Source: an uncultured Planctomycetota bacterium
GTDB taxonomy: Bacteria > Planctomycetota > PLA2 > JAEUHO01
Assembly (NCBI GenBank): GCA_963752285.1
Contig: CAVVXN010000005.1
Span: 2,175,284-2,239,283 of the forward strand
Direction: 5' to 3'
Length of the DNA stretch: 64,000 bases
The number at the start of each line of letters is the position of its first letter. The first letter of the stretch is position 1. Positions 28,644 through 39,244 of the stretch are shown here, one piece after another. The notes beneath the pieces were generated by a model, which worked only from the letters and a program-made list of their open reading frames with translations, had not been told where the DNA came from and searched no databases. The translations under genes and the position numbers were made by a program.

Positions 28644-30563
28644 ATGACGGCCGGAGACTTCGACAGCTGCGGCTGGCTCTCGGACCTGCCCACGTTCTCG
28701 GGGACGGAGCCGCGCATCGTTCGTCTCCGGCTCGAGTCCTTCGTGCGGGACGCGAGCGCCGAACAAGTCCGCGCCTGGGACGACTCCATCCCCTTCCTGC
28801 AGCGGGAGTGCGACGAGCTCGTCGTCTGCGACCCCGGCGCCCGCACCTTCACCGCGATCCTCGAGTACCAGCTCCCGCTCGAGTCCCGGCGTCCGGACGT
28901 GATCGTGCTCGAGAACGGCGTGGTCGTCGTCCTTGAGGTGAAGGGGAAGGACGCCGCGAACTCGGCCGACCTCGACCAGACGCATGCGTACGCCCGAGAC
29001 CTTCGATGTTACCACGCCGAGTGCGAGACGCGCGACGTGATCCCCGTCCTCGTGCCGACCCGTATGCGAGGCGTGGAGCGCGTGCAAGACGGCGTCGTGG
29101 TGGCCTCGCCCGACCGGGTGCACCACGTGCTGCTCAGGTTTGCGCGAACGTCCCGGGGCTCTCATCTCACTCCCGAGGCCTTCCTTCGCGGCGACGCGTA
29201 CGCGCCTCTGCCCACGCTCGTCCGCGCGGCGCGCGACCTCTTCGAGCACGGCGAGCTCCCTCGGATCAAGCGTGCCCGAGCGGCCACGGACCCCGCCGTA
29301 GAGAGGATCTCCAGCATCGCGCGCGAAGCGCAGGACACCGGCACCCGCCGACTCGTCCTGGTGACAGGCGTTCCCGGCGCCGGCAAGACCCTCGTGGGCC
29401 TGCGCGCCGTCCACGCGCGCGAGCTCGACGGCCTGGCGGTCGCTCGCGCGGGGGAAAGACCGCGGGCCCCCGCCGTCTTCCTGTCGGGAAACGGTCCGCT
29501 GGTCCAGGTCCTCCAGGACGCCCTGAAGGACGCCGGCGGCGGCGGGAAGACCTTCGTGCGGGGCGTGAAGGACTACGTGCAGTGGTACACGAAGCGCCCG
29601 AAGGCGGTGCCGCCGGAGCATCTCGTCGTGTTCGACGAGGCCCAACGCGCGTGGGACGCGGCACAGGTCGAGCGCAAGCACAGCCAGGGCGAGGCCCATG
29701 GCCGGTCGGAGCCCGAGCACTTCATCGAGTTCTGCGAGCGCATCCCGCAGTGGTGCGTCGTGGTCGGGCTGATCGGTAGCGGCCAGGAGATCCACGCCGG
29801 AGAGTGGGGTGGCCTCGTCCAGTGGCGGCACGCGATCGAAGGCGCTCGATCCCCATCGGACTGGACGGTGCACGCGCCGGTCGACGTCGAAAGGCGGCTT
29901 TGCGGATCGAACGTGCGCACGAGGTGGGAGCCGGCGCTGCACCTCGACACCGAGATCCGGTTCCACCTCGCCAGGCGCATCCACGAGTTCGTCGAGGCCC
30001 TCCTGGACGAGGGCGACGCGGCGAAGGCGGCCGCTCTCGCCTCGATGCTCCGGAACGAGGGGCACGGGCTGCGGCTGACTCGCGACCTCGATCTGGCGAA
30101 GGCCTACGCGAGATCCCGGTATGCCGACCATCCCGAGGCGCGCTACGGGCTGCTCGCCTCCTCGAAGGACAAGATCCTGCCGCGCTACGGCGTGGACAAC
30201 ACGTTTCAGGAGACGAAGCGCTTGAAGGTCGGCCCCTGGTACAACGCCGGCGACGAGAGCCCCTATTCGTGCCGCCGGCTCGACGCGGTGGCCACCGAGT
30301 TCGCCAGCCAAGGACTCGAGCTCGATCTCTCGATCCTCTGCTGGGGCAGCGACTACGCGCGGAAGAACGGTGGGTGGACGGTGGAGCGGGCCGGCCGGAC
30401 GCGGTACATCGACGATACGCTGAGCCTGCGCCGGAACGTCTATCGGGTGCTCCTGACGCGTGGCCGCGACGGGACGATCGTCTTCGTGCCACCTGACCCC
30501 TGGCTCGACGAGACGGCCCGGTTCCTCCGGGCAGCCGGCCTTCCCGACCTTGACGCTTCGTGA
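28644..30563 (+). CDS. DUF2075 / Schlafen-like nuclease-ATPase (N-terminal PD-(D/E)xK + P-loop NTPase + UvrD-like C-terminus)
   Basis: PDVIVLENGVVVVLEVKG is the nuclease motif. LVLVTGVPGAGKT is Walker A. HLVVFDEAQRAWD is Walker B. C-terminal YRVLLTRGRDGTIVFVP. 639 aa at host-like GC. Confidence 0.7.
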   Translation: MTAGDFDSCGWLSDLPTFSGTEPRIVRLRLESFVRDASAEQVRAWDDSIPFLQRECDELVVCDPGARTFTAILEYQLPLESRRPDVIVLENGVVVVLEVKGKDAANSADLDQTHAYARDLRCYHAECETRDVIPVLVPTRMRGVERVQDGVVVASPDRVHHVLLRFARTSRGSHLTPEAFLRGDAYAPLPTLVRAARDLFEHGELPRIKRARAATDPAVERISSIAREAQDTGTRRLVLVTGVPGAGKTLVGLRAVHARELDGLAVARAGERPRAPAVFLSGNGPLVQVLQDALKDAGGGGKTFVRGVKDYVQWYTKRPKAVPPEHLVVFDEAQRAWDAAQVERKHSQGEAHGRSEPEHFIEFCERIPQWCVVVGLIGSGQEIHAGEWGGLVQWRHAIEGARSPSDWTVHAPVDVERRLCGSNVRTRWEPALHLDTEIRFHLARRIHEFVEALLDEGDAAKAAALASMLRNEGHGLRLTRDLDLAKAYARSRYADHPEARYGLLASSKDKILPRYGVDNTFQETKRLKVGPWYNAGDESPYSCRRLDAVATEFASQGLELDLSILCWGSDYARKNGGWTVERAGRTRYIDDTLSLRRNVYRVLLTRGRDGTIVFVPPDPWLDETARFLRAAGLPDLDAS

Positions 30564-30683
30564 GCGACGTAGTTTGTGGTGACCCCAGGGGCACCAGGGG
30601 GACACGGTCCGGGCGGGGTACGGCCCGGGACATGCGTCGCTCCCGCCCGTTCACGTCTCCCGGCTCGGGGCTCTCGAGCTGCG

Positions 30684-31145
30684 CTACGCCTCGGCATACG
30701 CGCGTTCGAGGCCGGCCACATCGAGCTTCGACATCGTCATCATGGAGGCCACGACCGCCTGCACCTTCTTCGGGTCCCCGTCGCGGACCAGCTCCACGAA
30801 CCGCCGCGGGACGATCTGCCACGAGAGGCCGAACGGATCGGTGATCCAGCCGCACCGCGAGGGCTCGGCGCCCGCCTGGACGAAGGCGTCCCAGTATCGA
30901 TCGACCTCGGCCTGGTCCTCGCAGTCCACGAAGAGCGAGAATCCCTCCGAGAAGTGGAAGTAGGGCCCGCCGTTGAAGCCGAGGAACCGCTGCCCCCCCA
31001 CGACGAACTCGGCCGACTGGAGAGGGCCGTTCTCCCCCGCTTGGGCCCGGTCTCGGACCTCGCAGTCGGGAAACGTCTTCGTGTAGAACTCGATGGCGGC
31101 CTCGAGCTGGTCGTCGAACATCAGGAACGGCGTGACCTTGTTCAT
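30684..31145 (-). CDS. PhnB-like VOC (glyoxalase) family protein
   Basis: MNKVTPFLMFDDQLEAAIEFYTKTFPDCEV...GWITDPFGLSWQIVP. It lies inside the antisense 2348-aa artefact ORF. Confidence 0.75.
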   Translation of the reverse strand: MNKVTPFLMFDDQLEAAIEFYTKTFPDCEVRDRAQAGENGPLQSAEFVVGGQRFLGFNGGPYFHFSEGFSLFVDCEDQAEVDRYWDAFVQAGAEPSRCGWITDPFGLSWQIVPRRFVELVRDGDPKKVQAVVASMMTMSKLDVAGLERAYAEA

Positions 31146-31301
31146 GGCGCATTCCTCCCGTCGCGGGGGCCTCGATCTGCGGCACGACCGCCCGCACCCC
31201 CACTCGGCACACCGAGGGCGCGGCCCGGCGGTGTCGGTACGTGGCGCGTATCGTAGGGGACGGCTGCCGGCTCGGCAGCCACGGGAGCATGGAGACCCGG
31301 G

Positions 31302-31796
31302 ATGTACACTTCCGCCGGCCTGCTCGACCTCCACCGAAGGACGCACGCGAGCCTCGAGAGGCTCCTGGGACACTGCGCGGGGTTCTCGGTGGAGGAGCTG
31401 TCCCGCGAGATCGAGGGGTTCGGCCATCCGACCCTCCTCCGCCAGCTCCACCACGTGATCGGCGCCGAGCAGTACTGGTTCGGCGTCCTCCAGGGCCGGA
31501 TGCTCGTGGACGAGGAAGACGCGGACCGCGCGTCGGTCGCGGCGGTGCGGGCGTTTTGCGACCGCGTGGCCGAGGGGACGCGCGCGTACCTCGAGGCCGC
31601 CTCGGACGAGGACCTCGCGACGCCGCGCGAGGTCACGACCTGGGGCGGGAGGAAGATCCGCGTCACCCCCGCGCACGTCCTCCTGCGCACGCAGACGCAC
31701 GTCTACCAGCATCAGGGGCAGGTCGCCGCCATGTGCCGGCTCCTCGGCCGCCCCGTCCCGCGGGGTCTGGACTTCCCGCTGGGCGAGGTCCCCTGA
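31302..31796 (+). CDS. DinB-family (DinB_2) protein
   Basis: LLDLHRRTHASLERLLGHC...HHVIGAEQYW...HVYQHQGQ. Confidence 0.6.
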   Translation: MYTSAGLLDLHRRTHASLERLLGHCAGFSVEELSREIEGFGHPTLLRQLHHVIGAEQYWFGVLQGRMLVDEEDADRASVAAVRAFCDRVAEGTRAYLEAASDEDLATPREVTTWGGRKIRVTPAHVLLRTQTHVYQHQGQVAAMCRLLGRPVPRGLDFPLGEVP

Positions 31797-32242
31797 GGCC
31801 TCGCGCACCCGCACGTCGGGCGCACCGCGGGGAGAGCGCCGCCACCGGGCGTGTCCCCACCGACGGGAATCGTGGGGCCGGCGCCACGCTGGCGCCGGCG
31901 CCAGAGCCCGCGACGCGGCGCCGGGCCGTGGCGACGGGGTGTGTCGCGTTCGAGCCGGGCTCCCCTCGGGCGGGCCCCTTCCGAGAGCGCCCGCGGCCGA
32001 GACGGCCGCGGGCGCGAGGTGAAACGACCCGGTCGGGTCGGTCAGCGCTCGTAGCGGGCGAGGAAGATTCCCGAGGGAGCGTTCGGCTGGGCGCCGCCTG
32101 GCACGGACGGATCGCGCCCGGTCCGGATCAGGGTGACCGCGCCGAAGCCATGGCCTGCGGAGCCGTGGATCGGGCGACCTGCATCCCCCCGGGCGGCGGC
32201 CTGATTCGGACGAATTGCTCTGGCTCCGTACGATCACTCGAT

Positions 32243-33727
32243 CTAATCGATCTCGATTTGGAGCCCGCCCATCGCCTGCATGACCGGGAGGATCAGCTCC
32301 GTCAGCGGCGAGATCGACGACAGGTCGCTCCGGCCCATCGCCAGGTGCGTCGCGTCCATCGCGCCGATCGCCGCGTCCACCGGAAGCCACGTGTCGTTCG
32401 CGACCAGGACCTCGTCCCACATGTGGTAGCCGAAGAACTTCTTCGGCACCCCCGCCGGCGCATTCGGCGCGTTCAGGTACACGAGGCCCATCACCACGCG
32501 CGCGGGAAGGCCCGCGGCGCGCGCGAGCGCCGCCACGAGCACGGCGTGCTCCGTGCAGTCGCCCTCCAGCGAGTGCGCGGTGTCCGCGGCCGAGCCGAAC
32601 CCCGTGCTGAAGTCCTTCTTCGTGATCTTCTTCGCGACGTACGCCTCGATCGCGTGCGCGGCCTCCACGGCGTTCGTCGCTCCCGCGACGGCCTCCTTCG
32701 ACATCGACTGGATCAGCGGGTCGTCCACCTCGAGCCAGGCGTTCGCCTGGAGCTCCGCCCCGTGCCCCTCGATCTCGTAGGGCGGATCGAACACGCCCTC
32801 GACCTGGGCCGGGTCGGGCGGGGCGACCTCGAGGACGATGGCGCCGTCCTCCCGCGCCACCACCTTCTGGCCCACGGCGTCGGGAAACGCGCGGTCCAGG
32901 CCCCGGCCGACGATCCGGTAGCGCGCGTGGCGAAGCGCCCGGGGCGCGTCGATCCGACCCTTCGGCTCGATCAGGCTCTTCACGAAGAGCTCCTTCGGCT
33001 CGACGTCGGCCTTCGCCACCGCCTCCTCGGTGCGGACCATGCGGAGCGTCCCGAACATCGGTGCGGGGATCTCCATCACCCAGGGCGTTCCCGCCTCGTC
33101 TACCCAGGAGACCTGCGGGCCGGGGAGCAGCTGGCTCTTCACCTCGGTTCGGTAGAGGGACTTCTCGCGCCCGAGGACGTCGACGGTCTCCACCGGCCCC
33201 ACCGTCACCTCGGCATGATCGACGAACCCCTTCGCCTCGGCTTCGAACGCATCGACGGGATAGGTGGTGCCCGCCTTGAACCCCTTCGCGATGGACAGCC
33301 GTTCGACGGCGGCCGGACCGAGCGCGCCCTCGGGGTAGGCGACCTCGTCCGTCCTGGTCCCGTTCGTCACCCGGAGCTTCCCGTCGGCGAGCCGTCCCTG
33401 CATCACGTTGGCCTGGGCGCCGATCTCGGTCTTCTGCGAGAACGACACGACCTGCCCCGCCTCGTCCTCCTCCGTGTGCGACGTCTGCACGATTCGGAGC
33501 GGGGTGCCCCCTCGCGCGATCGTCATGTCCATCTCGAGGTCGGAGATCCAGCGCAGGCCCTCCGCGTCCTCCGCGCGCGTCCGGGACGTGTGCACCCAAC
33601 CGAGCTTCGTGCCTCCGGACTCGAGTGCGTACCACTGGTCTTCGTCGGGCGCGGAGCGCGCGGACGCCGTGAGGAACCCGAGCGGGAGCACGAAGGCGAG
33701 GAGCGAGACGAGGATGCGCGGCTTCAA
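32243..33727 (-). CDS. secreted transglutaminase-like cysteine protease family protein
   Basis: Signal peptide. C-terminal GDCTEHAVLVAALARAAGLPARVVMG...GYHMWDEV carries the Cys-His-Asp core. Confidence 0.65.
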   Translation of the reverse strand: MKPRILVSLLAFVLPLGFLTASARSAPDEDQWYALESGGTKLGWVHTSRTRAEDAEGLRWISDLEMDMTIARGGTPLRIVQTSHTEEDEAGQVVSFSQKTEIGAQANVMQGRLADGKLRVTNGTRTDEVAYPEGALGPAAVERLSIAKGFKAGTTYPVDAFEAEAKGFVDHAEVTVGPVETVDVLGREKSLYRTEVKSQLLPGPQVSWVDEAGTPWVMEIPAPMFGTLRMVRTEEAVAKADVEPKELFVKSLIEPKGRIDAPRALRHARYRIVGRGLDRAFPDAVGQKVVAREDGAIVLEVAPPDPAQVEGVFDPPYEIEGHGAELQANAWLEVDDPLIQSMSKEAVAGATNAVEAAHAIEAYVAKKITKKDFSTGFGSAADTAHSLEGDCTEHAVLVAALARAAGLPARVVMGLVYLNAPNAPAGVPKKFFGYHMWDEVLVANDTWLPVDAAIGAMDATHLAMGRSDLSSISPLTELILPVMQAMGGLQIEID

Positions 33728-33868
33728 GACGGGTCCTCCCGAGGCGCAGGGTCGGACCGTGAGGGTATCGCGCGGGGCAGCGCGCGTCCCTCGGAGCCCG
33801 TCCGCCTTCGCCGGCCGGTGTCGGCACGCGCCGCGCGCGGCACCGCGCGGTCCCCGGTCCTGGGCCGG

Positions 33869-36001
33869 TCACTTGCGGCGCATCTCGTGGACGCCGCGCC
33901 AGGCCGGGTCCGGCGGGGTCGTGCGGTGGGCCTCCGCGCGCTCGAGGAGGATCTCGCTCGGACGGTCGCCGGGATGCGACGCGAGGATCTCCCGGTACAG
34001 GACCACCGCGTGTTCGAAGTCGCGGGCGTGGTACCGCGCGATCGCGATCTCGGCGCGCGACGCGAGGTCCACGGCCGCCGGGTCCGCGCCCTCCCGGAGC
34101 CCCAGGAGCTCGTACACGAGGACGCTCCGGCTCTTCCCCTTCACGGCCACGCGCTCGATCGGCCGCGCCACGACGACGTCGCCCACGGCCTCTCGCGTCG
34201 CCTCGGCCACGAGGATCGTCGTGGCGTAGCGCTTGTTGAGGCTCTCGAGACGGCTCGCCAGGTTGACGGGATCGCCGATCACCGTGTAGCTGAGGCGCGT
34301 GCGGCTGCCGATGTTCCCGACGATCAGCTCGCCGGTGGCGACGCCCACGCGGACGGTCAGCGGCGGCAGCCCCTCCCCCTCGAGCACGGCCGAGAGCGCG
34401 GCGATGCGGCGGCGGATCCCGAGCGCCGTCACACAGGCGTCCGTGGCGTGCGTCGGCTTGGGGATGGGCGCGCCCCAGAACGCCATCACGGAGTCGCCCA
34501 TGTACTTGTCTACGGTTCCGCCGGTCGCCTCGATCTCCTCGCCCACGGCCTCGAAGTAGCGGCCGAGGACCTCGACCATCTTCTCGGGGGCCAGGCGCTC
34601 GGCCATCGGCGTGAATCCGACGATGTCGGTGAAGAGGACGGTCAACGTCTTCCTCTCGCCGCCGAGCGCGATCTCGTGCCCGGTCGAGAGCACGGCCCGC
34701 ACGAGCTCGGCCGGCACGAACTTCTGGAACGAGCGGAGGCCCGCCTTCATCTCCTCCATCGCGCCGTTCAGTCGCGAGAGCTCGGCGAGACGTGTCGGCG
34801 CGTGGGGCTTGGGGTCGAGGCGGAAGTGCCCGATCGCCTCCGTCTCGGCGGCCAGCCGCCGGAGCGGCTGCGAGATGCGCCGCGCGAGGGCCACCGCCAG
34901 CATCGTCGAGAGCAACAGGCTCACGAGGCCGATCACGAGCGTCTCCAGGTTGCTTCGCTCCACCGGCGACATGAGGTCGTCCCGCGGCACCGTGATCCCG
35001 ATCAGCCAGTGGACGTCGTGGCGGCTGACGAGCGGCTCCCATGCGCCGACGTACTCGTTGCCCTCCGCGGGGAACTCCGCCTTCGAGAGACCCGCGTGCG
35101 GGTCGATCGACCCGCGCGGCACCGTCGCCATCAACGCGCGGACCGGGACGCTTCGGATCTGCCCGAGCGGGAGGATGTCGTCCTTCTCCTCGCCATCGGC
35201 CTCGACCGGCCCCACGATGACGTGCGGGTCCGGGTGCGCGATCACGCGGCGCGTGCCGTCCTCCCCCACCTCCACGACGAACGCCTCGCCGTGCTCGAAG
35301 ATCCCCAGGCTCTTCAGGTACCTGCCGAGGGCGATCAGGTCGAAGTCGGCCGTCAGCACACCTTGGAACGACCCGTCCTCGCGGTAGATCGGCGTCGCGC
35401 AGGTGAGGCCCGGGTAGTCCTCGTTCGGCTGGTTCTTGAAGAGGTAGACGCGGGGCCAGGTCTGGTGTCCGAGACGCTTCGCGCGGACGTAGTACGGCCG
35501 AACGCGCGGGTCGTAGTCGTCGAAGTCGGTGCTCACCTCGTGGAGCTGGTCGCCGTCCACGACGTAGTTCGACTGGAGCGTCCGACCGTCCGCCTGGATC
35601 TCCCGCATCCGGAGCTCGATCGAGCCGTCGGGCGCCCGGTACGCGTGGCAGTACGCGCCGGTCTCCAGCCCGAGCGAGATGTACGTGAGGTCCGTGGAGA
35701 GGAGGATCGAGTCGTAGAACTGGCGGACGATCTTCGGGAAGTCCTTCGCCGTGACCGAACGGCCCGCGAGGTACTTCTTCTGGACGTCGCTGATCAGCGC
35801 CGCGCGGTCCAGGAGGCTTCGGATGCGGTCGTGGATCCGCTCGGCCGTCTGGTCGAGCACGTGGCCCGAGAGGTCGCCCACGATGAACCGCGCGTTCAGG
35901 TACGAGAACACCCCGACCACGCCGACCGTCGCGAGGAGGATCGCCAGGACCGTGACGACGAGCGCCGATCGAAACGAGATCCGCCTGGGCGCGCGCGCCA
36001 T
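33869..36001 (-). CDS. class III adenylate/guanylate cyclase with N-terminal TM/periplasmic sensor and HAMP
   Basis: TVLFTDIVGFTPMAE...KYMGDSVMAFWGAP...GVATGELIVGNIG is the cyclase catalytic core. Two TM segments flank a sensor domain. Confidence 0.85.
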   Translation of the reverse strand: MARAPRRISFRSALVVTVLAILLATVGVVGVFSYLNARFIVGDLSGHVLDQTAERIHDRIRSLLDRAALISDVQKKYLAGRSVTAKDFPKIVRQFYDSILLSTDLTYISLGLETGAYCHAYRAPDGSIELRMREIQADGRTLQSNYVVDGDQLHEVSTDFDDYDPRVRPYYVRAKRLGHQTWPRVYLFKNQPNEDYPGLTCATPIYREDGSFQGVLTADFDLIALGRYLKSLGIFEHGEAFVVEVGEDGTRRVIAHPDPHVIVGPVEADGEEKDDILPLGQIRSVPVRALMATVPRGSIDPHAGLSKAEFPAEGNEYVGAWEPLVSRHDVHWLIGITVPRDDLMSPVERSNLETLVIGLVSLLLSTMLAVALARRISQPLRRLAAETEAIGHFRLDPKPHAPTRLAELSRLNGAMEEMKAGLRSFQKFVPAELVRAVLSTGHEIALGGERKTLTVLFTDIVGFTPMAERLAPEKMVEVLGRYFEAVGEEIEATGGTVDKYMGDSVMAFWGAPIPKPTHATDACVTALGIRRRIAALSAVLEGEGLPPLTVRVGVATGELIVGNIGSRTRLSYTVIGDPVNLASRLESLNKRYATTILVAEATREAVGDVVVARPIERVAVKGKSRSVLVYELLGLREGADPAAVDLASRAEIAIARYHARDFEHAVVLYREILASHPGDRPSEILLERAEAHRTTPPDPAWRGVHEMRRK

Positions 36002-36190
36002 GTTCGTCCGCCGGGGTCGATTCCGGCACGAGTCTACCGGCGGCCGCCGGAGCGCCCCACGCGCGGTCCCGCGCCCCGAACACGCGACGCGCGGTCCACG
36101 GCCCGGTCGCGCGCGGCGTCGGCCCGGCGAGGTACCGGGCGGGGGGGCGCACCGGGTCGTCGAGGTGTCGCCTCGGCGCGCGCGATCGGG

Positions 36191-37807
36191 TCAGTCGGCC
36201 CCGGGATCGGGGACCCCGCCGTGGTCGAGCGATGCGGCCTCGCGGACGAGGTCGAGGAAGTCCCGGCGGTAACCGTCCGGGTCCTGCCCGAGCGCGCCGC
36301 TCGCCTCGGCGAGGACCGACCGCCACGTGGCGTGGCCCAGGTTCGGCGAGTGTCGGAGCAACATCCCGAACGCGGCGACCGACGCGGCGAAGCGCAGGTC
36401 GTCGGACGCCGCCTCGAAAGAGGCGCCGCGGTCCACGAGTGGGAACGTCAGGATCCGGCTCGCGTCGCCGTCGGGCTGCTTGTAGCGGACCTTTACGAAG
36501 AGCGTCTCGTCGGACGCGGACGTTCGCTCCATGACCGTGGGCTCCGCCCGCTGGTACCGAAGCGGGTCCACGCCGGGGAGCGACGTCGGTAGGCCGGCGG
36601 GAACGATCTCGTAGAGCGCGGTCACGGTGTGCCCCGCGCCCATCTCGCCGGCGTCCTTCTCGTCGTCGTTGAAGGCCTCGCGGGCGAGGAGTCGGTCCTC
36701 GTAGCCGAGAAGACGCCACGCCGCGACGTGCTCGGGGTTCATCTCGATCTGCACCTTCACGTCCTTCGCCACGCTGAAGAGCGTGCCGCAGGCCTGCTCG
36801 ACGAGCATCTTCCTCGCCTCGGCCGGAGTGTCCACGTAGCCGTAGGTGCCGTTCCCCTCGTCGGCGAGCCGCTCGAGCGTGGCGTCCTTGTAGTTCCCCA
36901 TCCCGAAGCCGAGCACGGTCAAAAAGACGCCACGCCGGGCCTCGTTCCGGATCAGGTCGGTCAGGCGCGCCGAATCGGTGATCCCGACGTTGAAGTCGCC
37001 GTCCGTCGCGAGGAAGACGCGGTTGGAGCCCCCGGGGAGGAGATTCCTGACCGCCAGGTCGTACGCCGTCCCGATGCCCGCGCCGGCGTTCGTCGAGCCA
37101 CTCGCCTGGAGCCGGTCGATCGCGCGGAGGATGCGGCGATGGTCCGCGCCCGAGGTCGGAGGGAGCACGACGCCCGCGTCGCCCGCGTACGCGACGATCG
37201 CCACCTCGTCCTTCGCCCCGAGCCGACGCACCAGCATGCGCATAGCGCGCTTCACGAGCGGGAGCTTGTTCCCGTCGGCCATCGAGCCGGACACGTCGAG
37301 CAGGAAGACGAGGTTCGCGGGCGGCCGGTCTGCACCGTCGAGGTCGCGCGCCTTGAGGCCGATCCGTACCAGGCGGTGCGAGGGCTCCCAGGGACACGTC
37401 GCGGCCTCGATGCGCACCGCGAGCGGCGCGCCGTCGGTCGGGGCGGGATCTGCGTACGGGAAGTAGTTGACGAGCTCCTCCAGGCGCACCGCGTCGGGGG
37501 GCGGGAGCGTTTTCGCGTCGAGGAACCGGCGGACGTTCGCGTACGACGCCGTGTCCACGTCGATGGAGAAGGTGGACACGGGTTCCACCTTCGTCTCGCG
37601 AAAGCCGTTCTCCGCGATGCGGTCGTAGCTCTCGGTGTCGAACGGCCGCGCGACGCCCGGGGCGCCCGCCGGGCACGGAGCGCAGGCCGTCGCGGCGCAC
37701 GGACCCGACCCCGCCGAGCCGGCTTGACACGCGGCGAGGGAGAGGCCCGCCAGCGACAGGGCCGCGATCCCTACCCCACGACGAACGAAGCCTCGTAGAT
37801 CTCCCAT
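36191..37807 (-). CDS. VWA domain lipoprotein (YfbK-like)
   Basis: Lipobox LSLAAC. LVFLLDVSGSMADGNKL...GSTNAGAG is the MIDAS motif. Confidence 0.8.
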   Translation of the reverse strand: MGDLRGFVRRGVGIAALSLAGLSLAACQAGSAGSGPCAATACAPCPAGAPGVARPFDTESYDRIAENGFRETKVEPVSTFSIDVDTASYANVRRFLDAKTLPPPDAVRLEELVNYFPYADPAPTDGAPLAVRIEAATCPWEPSHRLVRIGLKARDLDGADRPPANLVFLLDVSGSMADGNKLPLVKRAMRMLVRRLGAKDEVAIVAYAGDAGVVLPPTSGADHRRILRAIDRLQASGSTNAGAGIGTAYDLAVRNLLPGGSNRVFLATDGDFNVGITDSARLTDLIRNEARRGVFLTVLGFGMGNYKDATLERLADEGNGTYGYVDTPAEARKMLVEQACGTLFSVAKDVKVQIEMNPEHVAAWRLLGYEDRLLAREAFNDDEKDAGEMGAGHTVTALYEIVPAGLPTSLPGVDPLRYQRAEPTVMERTSASDETLFVKVRYKQPDGDASRILTFPLVDRGASFEAASDDLRFAASVAAFGMLLRHSPNLGHATWRSVLAEASGALGQDPDGYRRDFLDLVREAASLDHGGVPDPGAD

Positions 37808-37917
37808 GGTCTCCCTCCCCGGCGGGACGCCATCCAGGTCCCGACCTGGGTACGCGGCGTGCGCGTGCGCGTTGGTCCTTTTGCGGTCCTGGACAGGGCG
37901 CGGGCGGGTTCGGAGGC

Positions 37918-38472
37918 GTGCCGCGCCGCTCGTTTGGTCATCGCCCGGTCTCGGAGCGTCGAAGCGCGCATCCGCGCTCGCCCGTTCGGAGCGTCACGTT
38001 TCGCGACCTCACCCTCCACACGAACGACAACTCCCTCTTCGACGCCCGCACGGACGGCCTGACGATCGTGCTCGACCGGTGCCGGGTCACGGGCTGGGAC
38101 TGCGGCGCTGGCGGCTCGGTCCTCCTGGACGGCCGCGGCGCGGCGGTGTGGGCACGCGACACACGGTTCGAAGGGGGATACGGCCGCCATCCCGACGGCG
38201 GCAACCTCTTCCGATGCTCGGCGCACCTCGGGCGCTTCAAAGGCTGCACGATCGAGGGCCCCTTCCGCAGCGTCACGAACAGCGGGGGGCGGAACGCGTC
38301 CCTCTACTTCGACCACTGCGAGCTCGTGGACCTCGCCGACCGGCAGGTGGAGGAGCTCCAGGATCCCCCCCGTTCCGGCGCGACGCTGGTGGGCTCAACG
38401 GCCACCACCCGCCCCGGCGGCGTCCCGGAGCCCCCGACGCGGCGCGACCTCGCGGACACCAACCCCGCCTGA
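37918..38472 (+). CDS. hypothetical protein
   Basis: 184-aa ORF. The start is uncertain. Confidence 0.3.
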   Translation: MPRRSFGHRPVSERRSAHPRSPVRSVTFRDLTLHTNDNSLFDARTDGLTIVLDRCRVTGWDCGAGGSVLLDGRGAAVWARDTRFEGGYGRHPDGGNLFRCSAHLGRFKGCTIEGPFRSVTNSGGRNASLYFDHCELVDLADRQVEELQDPPRSGATLVGSTATTRPGGVPEPPTRRDLADTNPA

Positions 38473-38587
38473 AGCGGAGGCGCGACGCGCTGACGCCACC
38501 GCCGTACCCGCCCCCGGCCGGAGGCGCCCCGCGGGGAACCGGCGGCGGCCATACTCGTCCAACGTCTCGGTTCCCGAGGGAGAGACC

Positions 38588-39079
38588 ATGCGCGTCCGCC
38601 TGCTGCCCGCCCTCCTGCTCTTCGTGTCCGTCGCCTCCCCCCGTCCGACCGCGCGCGCCGACGACACGGCCGCGCCGCCCCCGCCGCTCGATACCGCGGC
38701 CGCGCTGGCCGTTCGCGAGGCCATGGTCGTGCGCCGCGCGAGGAGCGTGGTCCTCGCGCGCGTGAAGCAGGTCCACGAGAGCCCCGGGATCTGGTGCGGT
38801 GGCGTCGTCACGTGGCAGGACGTCGACTGGACGATCGACCGCGTGATCGACGGCGAGGACCCGGGCCCGGAGGTCGTCCTCGGCCACCTCCTCGTCGCGA
38901 AGAGCCCGCTCGTCGACACGGAGGCGCGCCTCGACCCGAAGAAGATCTTCGTCGGCCAGCGCGCGCTCCTCTTCCTCGAGGCGGGCGAGGAGCCCGGCCA
39001 CGTCGGCACGGGCGGCCACCCGTGGGCAGTCCACGACGAGGCGTACAGCGTGCGCCTCGTCCCGAAAGGCGATCGCTAG
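38588..39079 (+). CDS. secreted hypothetical protein
   Basis: SD gagggagag. Signal MRVRLLPALLLFVSVASP. Confidence 0.5.
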   Translation: MRVRLLPALLLFVSVASPRPTARADDTAAPPPPLDTAAALAVREAMVVRRARSVVLARVKQVHESPGIWCGGVVTWQDVDWTIDRVIDGEDPGPEVVLGHLLVAKSPLVDTEARLDPKKIFVGQRALLFLEAGEEPGHVGTGGHPWAVHDEAYSVRLVPKGDR

Positions 39080-39244
39080 CGAGAGGAGCGGAGAGCGCGT
39101 CGCGGCCGGATGTGGCCCGCGCGGGGGCCCGCGCGGTCCACTGACCCGTTCCACCGCGAGGCGTCGGCTCGGACGGTGCGGGAACGAAAGGGGGGGCGGC
39201 CTCGCGGCCGTCCCCCCGCGCACATCGCGCATCGTGTAGTGGGT

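Noticed and set aside
30684-37730. 2348-aa Arg/Gly/Pro-rich ORF on the minus strand
   Set aside because: It is the antisense-frame artefact of high-GC DNA. Real genes (VOC, transglutaminase-like, adenylate cyclase, VWA) are found in other frames here. Its composition is low-complexity.
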